Source of the DNA: Spizellomyces punctatus DAOM BR117
Taxonomy: Eukaryota
Direction: 5' to 3' (one strand)
Length of the DNA stretch: 64,000 bases
Assembly: GCA_000182565.2 (NCBI GenBank)
Contig: KQ257468.1
The stretch's first letter is position 1. The number at the start of each line of letters is the position of its first letter. The position numbers were made by a program, and so were the translations under genes. Positions 43,001 through 55,466 of the stretch are shown here, piece by piece. Under the pieces are notes generated by a model. That model was not told where the DNA came from. It saw nothing but the letters and a program-made list of their open reading frames with translations, and searched no databases.

Positions 43001-44042
43001 CACATACAATGATCCAGAACCCGTACTACATATATGGCATGAAGCCTGGGAGACCTGTCCAATCGAATGGATGGAATCCGTTATAAGTGTCTTGCACCTC
43101 ACATCAGGACCTCTCAAAAACGGCCTAGAAATCATGGTACTCGATTACATCAACACGGACTCACGACTCTTGACTCGCATCATACCCAAAATGGTTCAAG
43201 ATCCACCCGTATTCCAAACTCTCTTTTGTCACCTCGTGCAACATCATCCCCGACAAACCATTTCCTGTATCGAGGCGATCATGACCCATTCTGAGCATAT
43301 CATGACGTTATTGGGATACGCATTCGAGGATGTACGGTCCTATATCGTTCATTCTGAAATCATCATGCAAGGACTCGTGGATTTAGTACATACCCCAACC
43401 GTCCCAAAAACCTTGCTCAGTTTCTTGACCCGCTTGTATGAGGACAGTATCCCCGATTTTCATTGGCGGTTATGGAGGGGTACGGTATGGTCCATCCGAC
43501 TCCCCGAATGGCAAGACTTTATCAAACGTCTCGTACGAAGCGACCATGAACCCCTTGTAAAAGAAATCGTGTTTGACCTACTAGGTGAATTAGAATCCAA
43601 CAACCCAACACCAACAACTCAAGAAAGCATGTTACGAATTCTTTTTAGTGTGTCAAACACAACACCCCTCTACGACCCTCTTTTCTGTTCATTTGCAAAA
43701 CGATGGATAAAACGCGGTGAACCCTTTTTAAACTTTATATCCCAATTTCATGTACGCCTTGAACCTGAGATGTTATCCCATCTTTTTTCGGATATTTCGA
43801 GTGGACGTGCCAAGGTCCTGTTTAGGCTCTTGACATCCCATCAACACGTTCAAGAGATTTGTCGGCGTGTTGAGAGGATTGTACTTGGTTGTGTGGATCC
43901 GGGGTGTGCGAGTGAGTATCGGGAGGTTCTCAAATTGGTGGTTGGGGAGGTTGGGATTGGGTTTGTGCGTAGAGTTGTTGAGGGGTGTGATGCGAGGGTT
44001 TACATGGTTTTGAATGACTTGCAATTTTGGGATGTAACCTAA
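40092..44042 (+). CDS. Large hypothetical alpha-helical protein, multi-exon
   Basis: Long ORFs 39969-41114, 40802-42715 and 42927-44042 are linked by short introns, one apparently with a GC donor at ~42806. No family recognised. Confidence 0.6.
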
Positions 44043-44275
44043 TGGGATGTGATGAACGAGTTTTTGCTCCGTTGTGTGTGTCTCTGGATGCAAAAAGTCA
44101 ATGATACAGAGAGCAATGACTGGACATTGTGGTTGATTCTAGTAGCATCCATGTGGAAAACATTTACCCATCAAAAACCTTTTTGAAAAAACTAGCATTT
44201 TTTGTTCACTACATTTGGTATCAGAGCTTTACACAGCATGTCATCACAACCGAGAAACGGACCCCTTCCAATATT

Positions 44276-45090
44276 CTAATAAACATACAAAACCTTGACA
44301 ACCCTCTCCAAAGGCTCAACACAAACAAAACAAACATTCTGCACATGCGTGGACTCAAATAACGCACCCCCCGTATTCTCAATCCCCAAAACAGCATAAA
44401 CACTCGATCGAACCACTAGACCTTCACCCGATTTCCGAACCGCAATACAAGATTTATATAGTTCTTTAACGACATTCAAATACGGCTCTAGGGTCTCCTC
44501 AAATTGATTCAATGGACCCCCAATCACCAGTAATTTGAACACCCGTAACAAAAATTCCGATCGCTCAGATGGTGTCCACAAATCATTTGTGTCGTCTGAT
44601 AGGATTGTATGGAGGGTTGTTGTGAGGTGCGTGTCGTCGAGGGTTTGGACGAGTGTACCAGAGGCATGTGTGAGGGATCCTAAAAAAAGGAAATGACAAT
44701 GAGAAAATAATGATATAGAAACATAAATAATACACCACGTACGATTCATCCTAATCCGAGAAAAAATATCCAGAGTCGTTAACGTACACGGCACAACTTG
44801 ACTCGTCACAGAATGTACACTCCCAATTCCCTACGCCCCCAAAAAAGAAAACCAATCACTAACCAGCCCCAATTACAATCAAAAAAAAAAAAATCATAAA
44901 AACTCACAGGAATAATCCCACTATTCAACAAATCAACCAAAAACACCCCAATATCATGTGGTGGCAAGTATCTATCATAACTTGTTTTCAAAACCTGGAG
45001 ATTTAGACCCCATTTTTGTAAAAGGGGTGAGAGAGATGTTTTTGTTGGGGGGGTGAATGTGTAGGTCGGGGTTAATGTTGGGGTGAGCAT
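44276..45090 (-). CDS. CFAP300: Cilia- and flagella-associated protein 300 (C11orf70), multi-exon
   Basis: LLQKWGL, VPCTLTTLDIFSRI, ERSEFLLRVFKLLVIGGPLNQFEETLEPYLNVVKELYK, HVQNVCFVCVEPLERVVKVLY. Confidence 0.82.
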
Positions 45091-45880
45091 GTTTTTTCCT
45101 TGTAAAGGTTTTTTTTGAGGAATTTTTGAGATTTGAGCAAGTCTTGCAGGTTGGTTGGTGAAACGCGGTCGTGTTGGAAGGATGACGTGAGCGGATGTTA
45201 GCTACGCGTACTTGACAATAAACCTGGTGGTGGGATATCTCAAATCGCTAAAACAGAAATCATTTCCCGGATATACAAATCAACAATAAATTCCACCCAA
45301 AAAAGAACTCATTCCTTAAAGCCCAGTCATAACTAATAAATTCCGCAAGTTTTATGATTTCTTGATACGTCCCCTCCCTTTTTCTTCAGCATCGTTTCTA
45401 GGAACGTTTGTATACTGACCATCACACTCCTCATCCCCATTGAATAAAACCATACAAACTATGAGTGCCAATAGGAAAAAGACAGTAGTATGGCGTATAG
45501 CACCCTGATAATACCAAAGTAGCATCCAAGCGAAGCTTAAAATAACACACTAAAGAGACGTCCAATCCAGTTGCGAACCAGAAAGTTATATCGAGTTCTC
45601 AATAAAAAACCTCTCCAACGCAAGTCCAAATCAAAGGGTTTAAAAAAGCAAATAAAACCCTCACGAATCCCGTAGACGAGAAAATCTCCCAATCCGTTTA
45701 GCAAGTGCTCAGAGATCCAATAACCACTTCAAACCCAACCCACACCATCACCATGCACATCTCTCAAACATTATATTACCACAAAAAAAAAACAGTTTCT
45801 AAAAAAACATCCAAAAAAATACCCATTCCATGCTGTATCAAAAGACACATAGGTACAAAGTCCCCACTCTCAAATTCCTC

Positions 45881-48800
45881 TCATCGCATACCTCTAGCCC
45901 CACGAGGACCAGTGGGCACTCTAGCACCACCAGTGGAACTCCCACTCCCATGCGCACCCGCAAACCCAGCCAACTGAAGAAATTGTGGAAAGTGCGCCAG
46001 TTTGGTTTTGGCGTAATCGGGGAGGTGCTTATCGATTTGGAACCTGACAATCAAAAGTTTTAACAAGGATTCAAAAAGCATTGCATCACATTCAATAATA
46101 AAAAAATACCTTTTCGTTCCATCTTGCTCGGTTCTATCCGCTTCGGCCCACTCTAGCGTTTGGTCACGCGGGTCAACGACCATTCGTACACCGTCTCCAA
46201 ACAACATGACAAATTTCCCTTCGGTGGTTTTCATGCACCAGCCCACATTCGCCAGAAACTGGAAATTCAACTCTCCACTTGCTCCAGAGGTGGATGCTCC
46301 GGATGATATCTTTGCCTCACCAGCGGCATGAGTCGCGTTCGTAGGTGCCTTTCTGATCGCAAACGTGTCACTGGCGGTCGTGCGTACAGGTGCCTGTGTT
46401 GACCGACCCACTGTGGATGTTGCGGCAGACATGATCCCTCCGCGATTCTGATGACTGCGTTGCCCGCTGGGTTTGTAGGTATCCTGCCGCGCCGTTTGTC
46501 CAACCTTTTCCCACATTCGGCTTTGTACAGCACCGCTTTGTACAGGCCTGGCATCATACTCCCCTTGAAGAGGCCAGTTATCGCTAGCACCAGCATTGAT
46601 GCCCTGTCGAGGGGTATTGCCATTTCTGGTGCTGGCCACCGCCCCGCTACTGCCACTCCTCGTATATGTCGACATGGCACTAGGATGAAACGAGTCTGCC
46701 TCCCGCGCATCACCGTCCCTCCCTCTCGACACTCCCGACACAATCCTGCAGTGAGAACTCTTTAGAATGACTGGATACCGTGTTGTAGAATCCAGCTTGC
46801 CGCTTCTCTCAACGTCCATGCATTGTTTCAGGCACTCTTGGACGTGGCGAACCACGGGTGCAACATGGGAAGGTATATCCAACGTCTCACATGTGCTGGT
46901 TGCCACAGAAGGACTTGGTAACCGGATCTGGTGGACTTCAGCGCTGTCCCTGTCCTCACTATCCCCTCTGGAAAGCCGAACTTCCATCATTCCGCGCGAC
47001 ACTGAATAATGCGCACGGGTGCCGTTGTAAAAAACCATTTCAAAGTCTGCAAGCGGAGCATTTTCCATTAATATGCATTTCGCTTGCGGTGAATAAAATA
47101 TAATCTAGGATGCAACCTGTGTGAATACGATGCGGTGTAAGAAACGGAGGAAGTGTCCCTACCTTTGGGGTCTTGGATCGTACAAGCTCTACGAAACGGC
47201 TGCCGTAGCGGTACTTTTTAACGTACCCTGGCGGCAGAGTCGCGCGCTCAAATGTCTGCACCGGTCGAGCAGAGGAATTCAATGGATCGACTGATCGGTC
47301 AAACAAAGCAATCTTGTAGTCAAGGAATGGTGTGAGCAAACTTTATGGAATCCAATTGATAATGACGTAAAGGCTCTAACCTCGTTACTGTCGCTACTAA
47401 TAAGCATTAGGTACTCTTCCCCGATAAAGTCAAGAAGCAATTCGCCTGTCTCAAGGATGCTAACATTCCCATGCTTGGTCTTTTGTCGGAGTGGTTTCAA
47501 TCTCACCGTTGAAAAGGCAGGTAGTTCGGGCACGTCACTTTTGTAATATCGCATATTGTGTGGTTCTGAACTGACAGTGCGAGATCCATCTGAGGATCTG
47601 TGCCTCGGAGAATTGCCAGATTCTCCTGCTTCACCAATAAATGGGCTGGATGTAGATGATCCACGATAGCCATCCCTCCCATTCACCGCATTCCCCGCAT
47701 TCTCTTTCAGTCGCCGGTGATCTACCAGGTCTTCCTGCTCAGCGCGTGTCGGGGCGCGTACCCGACCACTTTTGGATCTACTATCTCCTTCAGATGGTGT
47801 ATGTCGCTGGTTCTCGGTAAAACCGACGCGTTCTGTCAGGACGTCAGATGATCCCGGTGCCGCTCCAGAACTGTTTGTAGCAGTCGGCTGTCGATTAACC
47901 TCTCGTAATGGAGATCTTCTTCTTTGGGTACTGTCAAAGACTGGAGAAAGCGGTCGTAGAGACGATACTGGCAGAGTTGGGTTAAAGAATGGATGGCTCA
48001 AAACTTTTGTGAGTGCCAGGCGCCTTTTTGGATCCTACAACAATGTGGGTAAGAAAGCTGCCGTCTGGCCCAAAAGGGGAGGACACAATACGTAGTCAAC
48101 ACACCTTTTGCAGCAATCGATGCACTAAGTCCTTTGCATGTGCTGAGAGACTGTCAGGGAGACTGTAGTCGACACGACTCACTCTGTCGAGCGTATTCTT
48201 CACAGCTTTGCTCTAGACGGCCATCTGAGTTACACGATACGTGCATAATTGGGACCTAAACCTCCTACATACCTCGAATGGGGGCGTTCCGGTCAATATG
48301 GTGACTATCATGCATCCCAGAGACCACACATCGGACGCGAGCCCATATGGTTGTCGAGATACGATCTCACTAAAAGAAAACATAAGTCGGTCATAGGCGG
48401 AAATATTTTGCCAGTTACGAAAAAACGTACGGTGATATGTAATTTGGTGTTCCACACATGGTTTTCTGTTCCCCTTCTGGATCATTCAGTTTAACTGCCA
48501 ATCCAAAATCTGCAATTTTCTGAGAATCCGGGGACAACATGGTGTTAGATGCAGTGAATTCAGTGCTAGTGTACGAGACACACTTACCACATCGAAATTG
48601 TCTGTCAGTAACAGATTTGACAGCTTGAGGTCACGGTGAATAATGCCGTTTGCGTGTAGGTATAACAGGCCACGGACAATCTGGGCCATCACGCCGCGCG
48701 CCTCTGGCTCCGTCAAAGGGCACTTTCTCTGATGAATGTACCGGTACAGCTCTCCGTTTTGACACAGTTCCATCACAAGATATACGTAAGATTGATCTTC

Positions 48801-49358
48801 AAAGTAATTGTACAGCTCCAGAATGGATGGGTGATGCAACTGCCAGTGAATTTCCACTTCATTCGCGACTCGACGGGTCATGTTGGCTGCCTTCATCAAC
48901 CGCTTATCAATCTATCACGCACTTGTCAGAATATTTGGGTGTCAAGAAGCTGATTCAACGGTATCCTTATCTTTCTTACCATCTTGATGGCCACCTCCCG
49001 ACCATACGTCCCTTTGCTCTTGCTGACAGCCTTGTGAACAAAGCCAAATCCTCCCCTTCCCAACATTTCTTTAAGTTCATAATCCTGTAGAGAAAGGGTA
49101 AGTCCCTACTTCACTCTATCCCCGACCCCTTCAGCAAAACATGCATCCTTGTACCTCAATTCTATTCGAAAACTTTTTTGCAGGCTTTTGAGGGGACACA
49201 AACGTAAAATCATGTCCTTGATCCTGCAGACCGCCTATTGATTCGGGCGGACTAGAGGTACGCGTGGGGACAGGTCCTCTCACATTGCGGCTACTCGGAT
49301 GCACGCCATAGTTTCGTTGGGAGGTCATGGGTGGACTTGGCTGAAGGGTTAGCATCAC
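45881..49358 (-). CDS. PLK4: Polo-like kinase 4 (SAK), multi-exon
   Basis: Kinase [46 protein letters not shown]. Cryptic polo box [17 protein letters not shown] / [21 protein letters not shown]3 FLANVGWC...FGDG. Confidence 0.9.
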
Positions 49359-50674
49359 GCGGCCTTCGCCTGGCCTTCTGAGATGTTGTTATGATCCAAG
49401 GCACGATAGTTGAAGGAAGGCGAGGAGAATCATGTAAGGGAAAACGTGATATTGCAGAATGGCACGCTTTGGATCAATGATGGGTAGCGGCACACTGGAA
49501 CACTAGCGCGCGTCAACTATTGCCAAATGTCCAGACGCGCCGGACATTTTTGTGCTGTGCTGTGGTCTGCTTATCTTGCTTATCCTACAGGGACATCTCG
49601 CGGGCTGGCACTTTTTCATCACCGACACCGACTATTGAGCCGCCAAAGTTCCCGTGCAGATATTTCAACTTCTCGTAACCTTCTCATACCCGTGTTCCGA
49701 CAGTTGCCAATCATTCAATAGCTAACTTTGCAGAATGAATGGCCAATCGGACACCAGCTCTCACTGTTACTGCGACGTGGTGGAAGAAGATGGCGACTCT
49801 TTGATATATCGCGGGGCTTCTGCAGGCAGTGCCGCAGCTGAGTTAAAAATATTCCAGTCGCTGCAAGCATTGTAACTGAAGTCACCCATCACAAGTGAGT
49901 TAAAGAAAAAAGAAAAAAAAACCATCATAGACGATCCAACGTGAAGCGCACGCACCTGTAGATCATGTCGATTCTACTTTATTCAATTTCTTTCAGGTAA
50001 ACAATGCACGAAAGACATCTTTCGCGAATTTTCTCTATACAGAAACCGATATTTGAATTGCTAATATGAATTGTTGGTGCCAACGGACCCGTAACGTCCA
50101 GCTGAAGTCCTGCTGCAGTAGGTGCTGTTCTGGTATCCAAAGTTCTATATACCAAGAAAGTCTATACGAAGAGCTTAATCCAGCACCCCATTCATTCCAA
50201 TCAACGCTCAAGCACTCGTTACTGTAGACTTTATGCTTTGGAACTGTTGACAACTCTCATGATACTCCCTCGCGAAAGATTTGCACACACAGTCGCCAGC
50301 AACAAGTTCTGGGCATGAGCGGCCCTATATACTCAAAACAAGGATTCATACTGCTTGAATTTATCTTGGCTCTTGGACATCATGCTCAAACGTTGACACA
50401 ATCTGTAATTTGGTTTGCTCCCTCTTCCACAGTGAACTTCCTTCCGTCAGCACGTTCCCCATCGCAAGAGCTGACGTCAGGTGGCTTAGTAACGCGTAAC
50501 TTGGATGACGTCCCAGATTTTTAAAGTTGAGACTCCGAAAGGTAAAAAGGACGAGGCGGGTTGACTTTTTCTTCAAACCAAGATTTGGGCAAAAGCGTTT
50601 GGTCCACAGGTCTTGGCCTTTAGGATATTTGTTCTAGTTTCTTCAGTAAAAGCACCCCTTTGTAACTTCCAACC

Positions 50675-51591
50675 ATGGCAAGAGTCCTGGCATGGGCGAT
50701 ACTACCCTTCCTCGCAGCGTTGGTGTGGGCTGGAATCATCACTGCGTTATTGATTCTGTGGTTGGCCACTGGTACACCGCATTATAAACAAGATGCGGCT
50801 CCCATTGTGTATATATCAGATGTTGGTGAGTAAATCATGGAAATCAAGTTTGACGGCATTCGTTAATATGTGGTCCCACAGGTGCGAAATACAAGACGCT
50901 TTTTATTGTTGGGACGGCAACGACGTCTGCATTGTATGTTGGGACCCTTTTAGCAGACTTTATACTCCGATCGTTGGGATATCTCCCTGAACGTCGTCAA
51001 AGACGTGAAACCATCGACGCGGTGCTCTCGATTCTGTTTGGGTTCCTTGCAGCAGCGTGTCTGACCCTCCTCGCAATATTCGACGCATTCAACTATAGTT
51101 CAATACATTGGGGACTTACGCTGGGGTTCATCTTTTCGTTGGCTTGCAGTGCGGGATTCAAGGTGGCAGAATTGAGGAGGCTTAGGAAGGACCATTGGGG
51201 GATTAGAGCGCTCTGGAGAAGTTTTAGGATAAAGTTGGTCTTGGTCACTTTTGCGATTGGTAAGTTTACTATATCGTTTGAGTTTCCGGATCGAGAAATT
51301 AATTTCTTTTCATTTCTACGTAAAGCTCTCACCATCGCTATGATCGTCCTCATGCTCATCTGCACAAACGATGAGTCTCACCCAGACCAGTGCGACCCGC
51401 AACATTCTGCAGCAGCTGTATGCGAATGGGTTGCTGCCTACGTCACTGCTGCGTACTTTTTGTCCCTCGTAGCGGATTTCAGGGTGGGCGGGTACCCGCG
51501 GGCAGCGGCGTTGGAGGAAGTGCGGGTGGGCCCTTGGGGACAGAGAGATTCAAATATTACATTGGAGACGCGGGAAAGGCAGTATTATTGA
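50675..51591 (+). CDS. Frag1/DRAM/Sfk1 family membrane protein
   Basis: TM helix then IVYISDV|GA, LLAIFDAFNYSSIHW, SAAAVCEWVAAY; about 6 TM helices. Confidence 0.82.
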
Positions 51592-51835
51592 GTATTTTGA
51601 ATTGATTAAGAATATTTTGGATTTTGCTCGGCGATATGTTGCTGCAGACTACGTATACTAATTGCTGGAGGTTGCAAAGTACCGCTTTCTCAGCGCTCTA
51701 ATCCAATTTGAATGGTTCACTTTTCTCAAAAGTCATCAGGTGGCTCGCGGTAAGGCGAATGAAGAAATACAATATAGTCCGAGACATGCTCACGCAGCAT
51801 ACAAATCCGGTCAAACTTGCATTTCGTACCAAAAT

Positions 51836-53263
51836 CTATTCTATTCTCTCCACTACTCTCGACCTCCTAGACAGTCCCCACGCCGCAGCCAAAAGTCCAA
51901 GAGCTCCGACAAAAGCCCCAGCCCAAAACACCACCCCCCGACCTGCCCCTCCAACACCTACACCCCATTGCCACAAACTTCCGGCAACAGCAGGTGCAAC
52001 AGTCCTTGTTGCTGCTGCACAGGTTGAGGCCACACCATGCACAAGACCCAATGACTGTTTCGATGCTGCGTCCGTGATGAGGACAATAACAGCTAGGTAC
52101 GCACACACCTCAGAAAGACCTAGTAGGACAAGCACAAGTTCCAGGCCTCCCTCCACAAACCCCAAAACTCGTAAACCGATTACGAGTAAACCTACAAGAA
52201 ACCCTGCCATACCCAAAAGAACGCATCCCCATTTTCCCACCCAACGTGATACAAATCGGAAGCATAGTGTCTGTCCAAGCAGTTTCGTGACTGCGATCAA
52301 CATAACTTGGTAGGATGTTTGTTGGGGGCTTTGATTTGGGCCTGGGAAGGGTGAGGAGAGGTAGAGAGGGAGGGCGGTCATATAGAGTGAGGTTGTGAAG
52401 GCTGTTATGCAGTAGAGTGTTATGGGGAGTATGGGGGAAGGCGGGTCGACAGTGTCGAGAGTGTCATCAACAGAATCTTTTACTTCGTCGCCATCGTCCT
52501 CGTCCGGGAGGCTTTTGGATGAATCTTGATTATCCAAGACGCTGTATCCACCTTCCCCATCTTTCACACCCCACCAAAGCACCCCAACAGCACCACCCAT
52601 CAACACCGCACCAACCCAACACGCCCTCTGGAACTCCCCATCTCCCACCAACAACCCCGCCAACACCGGCCCCAGAATCCCACTAACGCCATATACGCCT
52701 CCATACATTGAATAAGCCCATGCACGTCCATCATCGTCTCCCCAGAGAAGACCCAACGTTCCTTTGGTGACGGTTGAGTTGGCACCAAATGTGCCAGCCA
52801 GTAGGCGCGCCACAAATAGCAATTCTAGTCTCTGTCCTATCGACAACAATACTGCAGCCAAAAACCCAAACGAAGCACCTAAAAGTAATACTCTCCGTCT
52901 CCCGTATCGGTCGCTTATACCACCCCAAACAACATTGGTTACAAACAACGGACCGTAAAATGCCGAACTCAGTAGTCCGGCATAGTATCCTACCGAGCCT
53001 TCATCCACCCCGGTTGCGCGAACGAGGTAGGGGTACAGCGGTATGAGCATGGCTTCGAGAATACCTTCTGGGACAAGGGCTAGGAGGAGGAGCAGGGTTG
53101 TGCTTGTGGGTGATCTTGCGTGCCGGCGGGGGAGAAGGGAGGTTGTTGAGGTGCGGGGGGAAACGGGGGGTGTGAGAGGGAATGTATTTGGTGAGAGGTT
53201 TTCGGGGAGAAAGGATTGGGTTTCTCCTTCCTCTTCCGATGACTTTCCATCCTGTACTTGCAT
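51836..53263 (-). CDS. Major facilitator superfamily transporter (drug:H+ antiporter-like)
   Basis: Intronless ORF with GYYAGLL, motif A WGGISDRYGRRRVLL, ARLLAG and GPVLAG; about 12 TM helices. Confidence 0.88.
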   Translation of the reverse strand: MQVQDGKSSEEEGETQSFLPENLSPNTFPLTPPVSPRTSTTSLLPRRHARSPTSTTLLLLLALVPEGILEAMLIPLYPYLVRATGVDEGSVGYYAGLLSSAFYGPLFVTNVVWGGISDRYGRRRVLLLGASFGFLAAVLLSIGQRLELLFVARLLAGTFGANSTVTKGTLGLLWGDDDGRAWAYSMYGGVYGVSGILGPVLAGLLVGDGEFQRACWVGAVLMGGAVGVLWWGVKDGEGGYSVLDNQDSSKSLPDEDDGDEVKDSVDDTLDTVDPPSPILPITLYCITAFTTSLYMTALPLYLSSPFPGPNQSPQQTSYQVMLIAVTKLLGQTLCFRFVSRWVGKWGCVLLGMAGFLVGLLVIGLRVLGFVEGGLELVLVLLGLSEVCAYLAVIVLITDAASKQSLGLVHGVASTCAAATRTVAPAVAGSLWQWGVGVGGAGRGVVFWAGAFVGALGLLAAAWGLSRRSRVVERIE

Positions 53264-54566
53264 CTTTGGGAAATGCACACTATGGAATTTGCACACTTGG
53301 TCGCAACCAAGAACTCAGCCAGGAACCCGACCCGAGGTTTGGATATCACATGGCATTGGGGGCTTTGATTACGTTTGTGGCTTAGAGTTAGGGTTTGTGG
53401 CTTCATCCTGGATGCTTTGTCATTCTGTCTCTGTTTACCTCGCAATGCATTGCAAACATGTGTTATTGGCAGCCTGCATAGACATTTTGTGCAAGTCACC
53501 AACATTGAATAGTATCTATTCTGCAGATAACGTGCATCTTCACAATTCCTCAACGAGAACTACCATGCACGACACATTCACAGTAACGCGCTGTCTTCCT
53601 CACGGAACGCCCAATTTTACAAATGCAATAATGCAGCAGGAACATCATAGGTTTCAAGATGTTTTGTCCTGCCAGAGCAGTATTCCAAAGGGCGTCCCGT
53701 AACGGCATGACTGGGGTTCTTTCACGCATTCGTTCCACGAAAATTCGCTTCACAATCCAAGACTTGAATGTTTATCTTTTAGATGTCCTCCGCCAGCATC
53801 CGCGGACAGAGGACTCATCATGAGGACTCACCCTGAGGGGTAAACCGCACGACCCCCGGGTGATGACGGGTTGCGACACAATGCGCCAGCAGATCGCAAA
53901 AACTGCGCTTTGCGGTTGACCGTCCATCCCGTCACCTCCGGAGAGGCCCCCGAGGAGTGGTAATACAACCTCCCGTGGCGCGACCTCTGAAGAGGCTACG
54001 AAGGAGGGATACCATGACGAGGGGACAGTTTGCCGATCCAGCGTCTGCGTCACACTATGGATTACAGTCTATAGTTTTTTACGTACCTCAAGCTCCATGA
54101 TATTCGTCCCGATCATCAGAGACGCACTGTAAGACTTACCTTATAAACAAGCACGACAAACAGGATAACCAACTTTTCGGGCCGCGGTGCGTATACAGCC
54201 GTCGGTCGTTTCCATCCTCCTCCTTCTCTGATTTTTAGAGGATCGTGAGGGGCCCATCTATGGGTGGGTTGCCGTGCGATCCCATCCGCGTCGCAGTGGG
54301 CTAACCGCTTCAGTTGTAGGCCGCTGTCTTCTTAAATTTCTTGCCGGTGATGCGACTCTTTGGATTCGCATGTCTAGAACCCTGCAAAGTCCGCGTAGAG
54401 AGTCATAGCTCATTCTTACCTGCGCGTTCTATTCTACAACTGCGTCTTCTGGTCATCGCTCCGAGGATTTGCGTTTCGCAGCACAAGACTATATTTAAGG
54501 GTTTATTGGGTTCCGATTGCATGTGTTCAATCGGTTCACCCTCTTGCATCCAAATGTAATGCACTA

Positions 54567-55445
54567 GCCATTTTCAAGCCCGCGCAGACGATTACCTGCG
54601 AGAAGTGCCGTGCGCTAACCTTTTCAGGCCCGCGCAGATGATTACCTGCAAGCAATCCTGGCACTACGCGTTTCCCTTTCGGCAATGGTACATACTGTTT
54701 CTTGCGCGGCCTTCCACATCATCGCGGCCGTCATTGACTGGTTCGCACTGCCTTCACTCGGGATCCGAACTTGAGCCTTTAGGTTTTTCTGATAAGCTAG
54801 CACGTACAGTAAGTGCACATTGGTGCAGAATATCACGTGACATCTCCTCCCTCATCCAGCCGACCGCATGCAGTCACGTGATATTCTGCACTAATGTGCA
54901 CTTACCGACTCGAACCCCACTAAGATGGGGGCGACCGGGAAGGCCTACTCGCGATACCCTCCCAGTCGTCGCTGCTTGCTGCGTGTCACTGCGTTTTGCC
55001 GTCCAAGCACGTACCTAACCCTAACCAGCAAGGACCGTATCTTTCAAGCCCGTACTTTGTCAAACTCGAACTTCACCAGTACGGGAGCGAGCGGGAAGAC
55101 CTACTCCGAGTAGACTCCAAGTCGTCGTTGCTTGCTACATGTCATTGCAATTGCCTCAAACACGTACCTAACCTGTCCGCAGAGACGATTCTTGAAGCGT
55201 GGTTCCGCCGAGTTCTCCCCATCCACAGAGGCGCTTCTCAATGCGTGGGCCGGCCGAGTTCCCTGTCCGCAGAGACGCTTCTCAATGCGCGGGCCGGCCG
55301 ACCAGCGGTCTCGCAGAGACGATTCTTGCAGCATGGGTCCGTAGAGTTCCCCGTCCGCAGAGACGATCCTGTATGCACAATGATCCAGCGTCCCGCCGCA
55401 AGTGTCGGGGGGTTCTCACTTGCAGAGACGATTCGCAATGCGCTG
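54567..55445 (+). repeat. Composite repeat region: 50-bp pair, ~110-bp pair, ~44-bp degenerate tandem array
   Basis: TTTTCA(A/G)GCCCGCGCAGA(C/T)GATTACCTGC at 54571 and 54621. Homologous segments 54908-55020 and 55064-55173. GCAGAGACG(A/C)T-type cores at 55179, 55225, 55269, 55313, 55357 and 55422. Confidence 0.85.
54807..54907. mobile_element. Short foldback / MITE-like element
   Basis: 33-bp inverted repeats at 54809-54841 and 54873-54905 with one mismatch and a 31-nt spacer. The left end reads TA|CAGT. Confidence 0.55.
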
Positions 55446-55466
55446 AACTTACCAAGCGTGCCGAAA

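Noticed and set aside
45394-45405. RFX X-box-like GTTCCTAGAAAC upstream of CFAP300
   Set aside because: Single degenerate match ~300 bp upstream; insufficient without conservation.
55174-55445. CRISPR-like repeat-spacer array
   Set aside because: Linkers are homologous to each other, cores are short and degenerate, there are no cas genes, and the context is eukaryotic.
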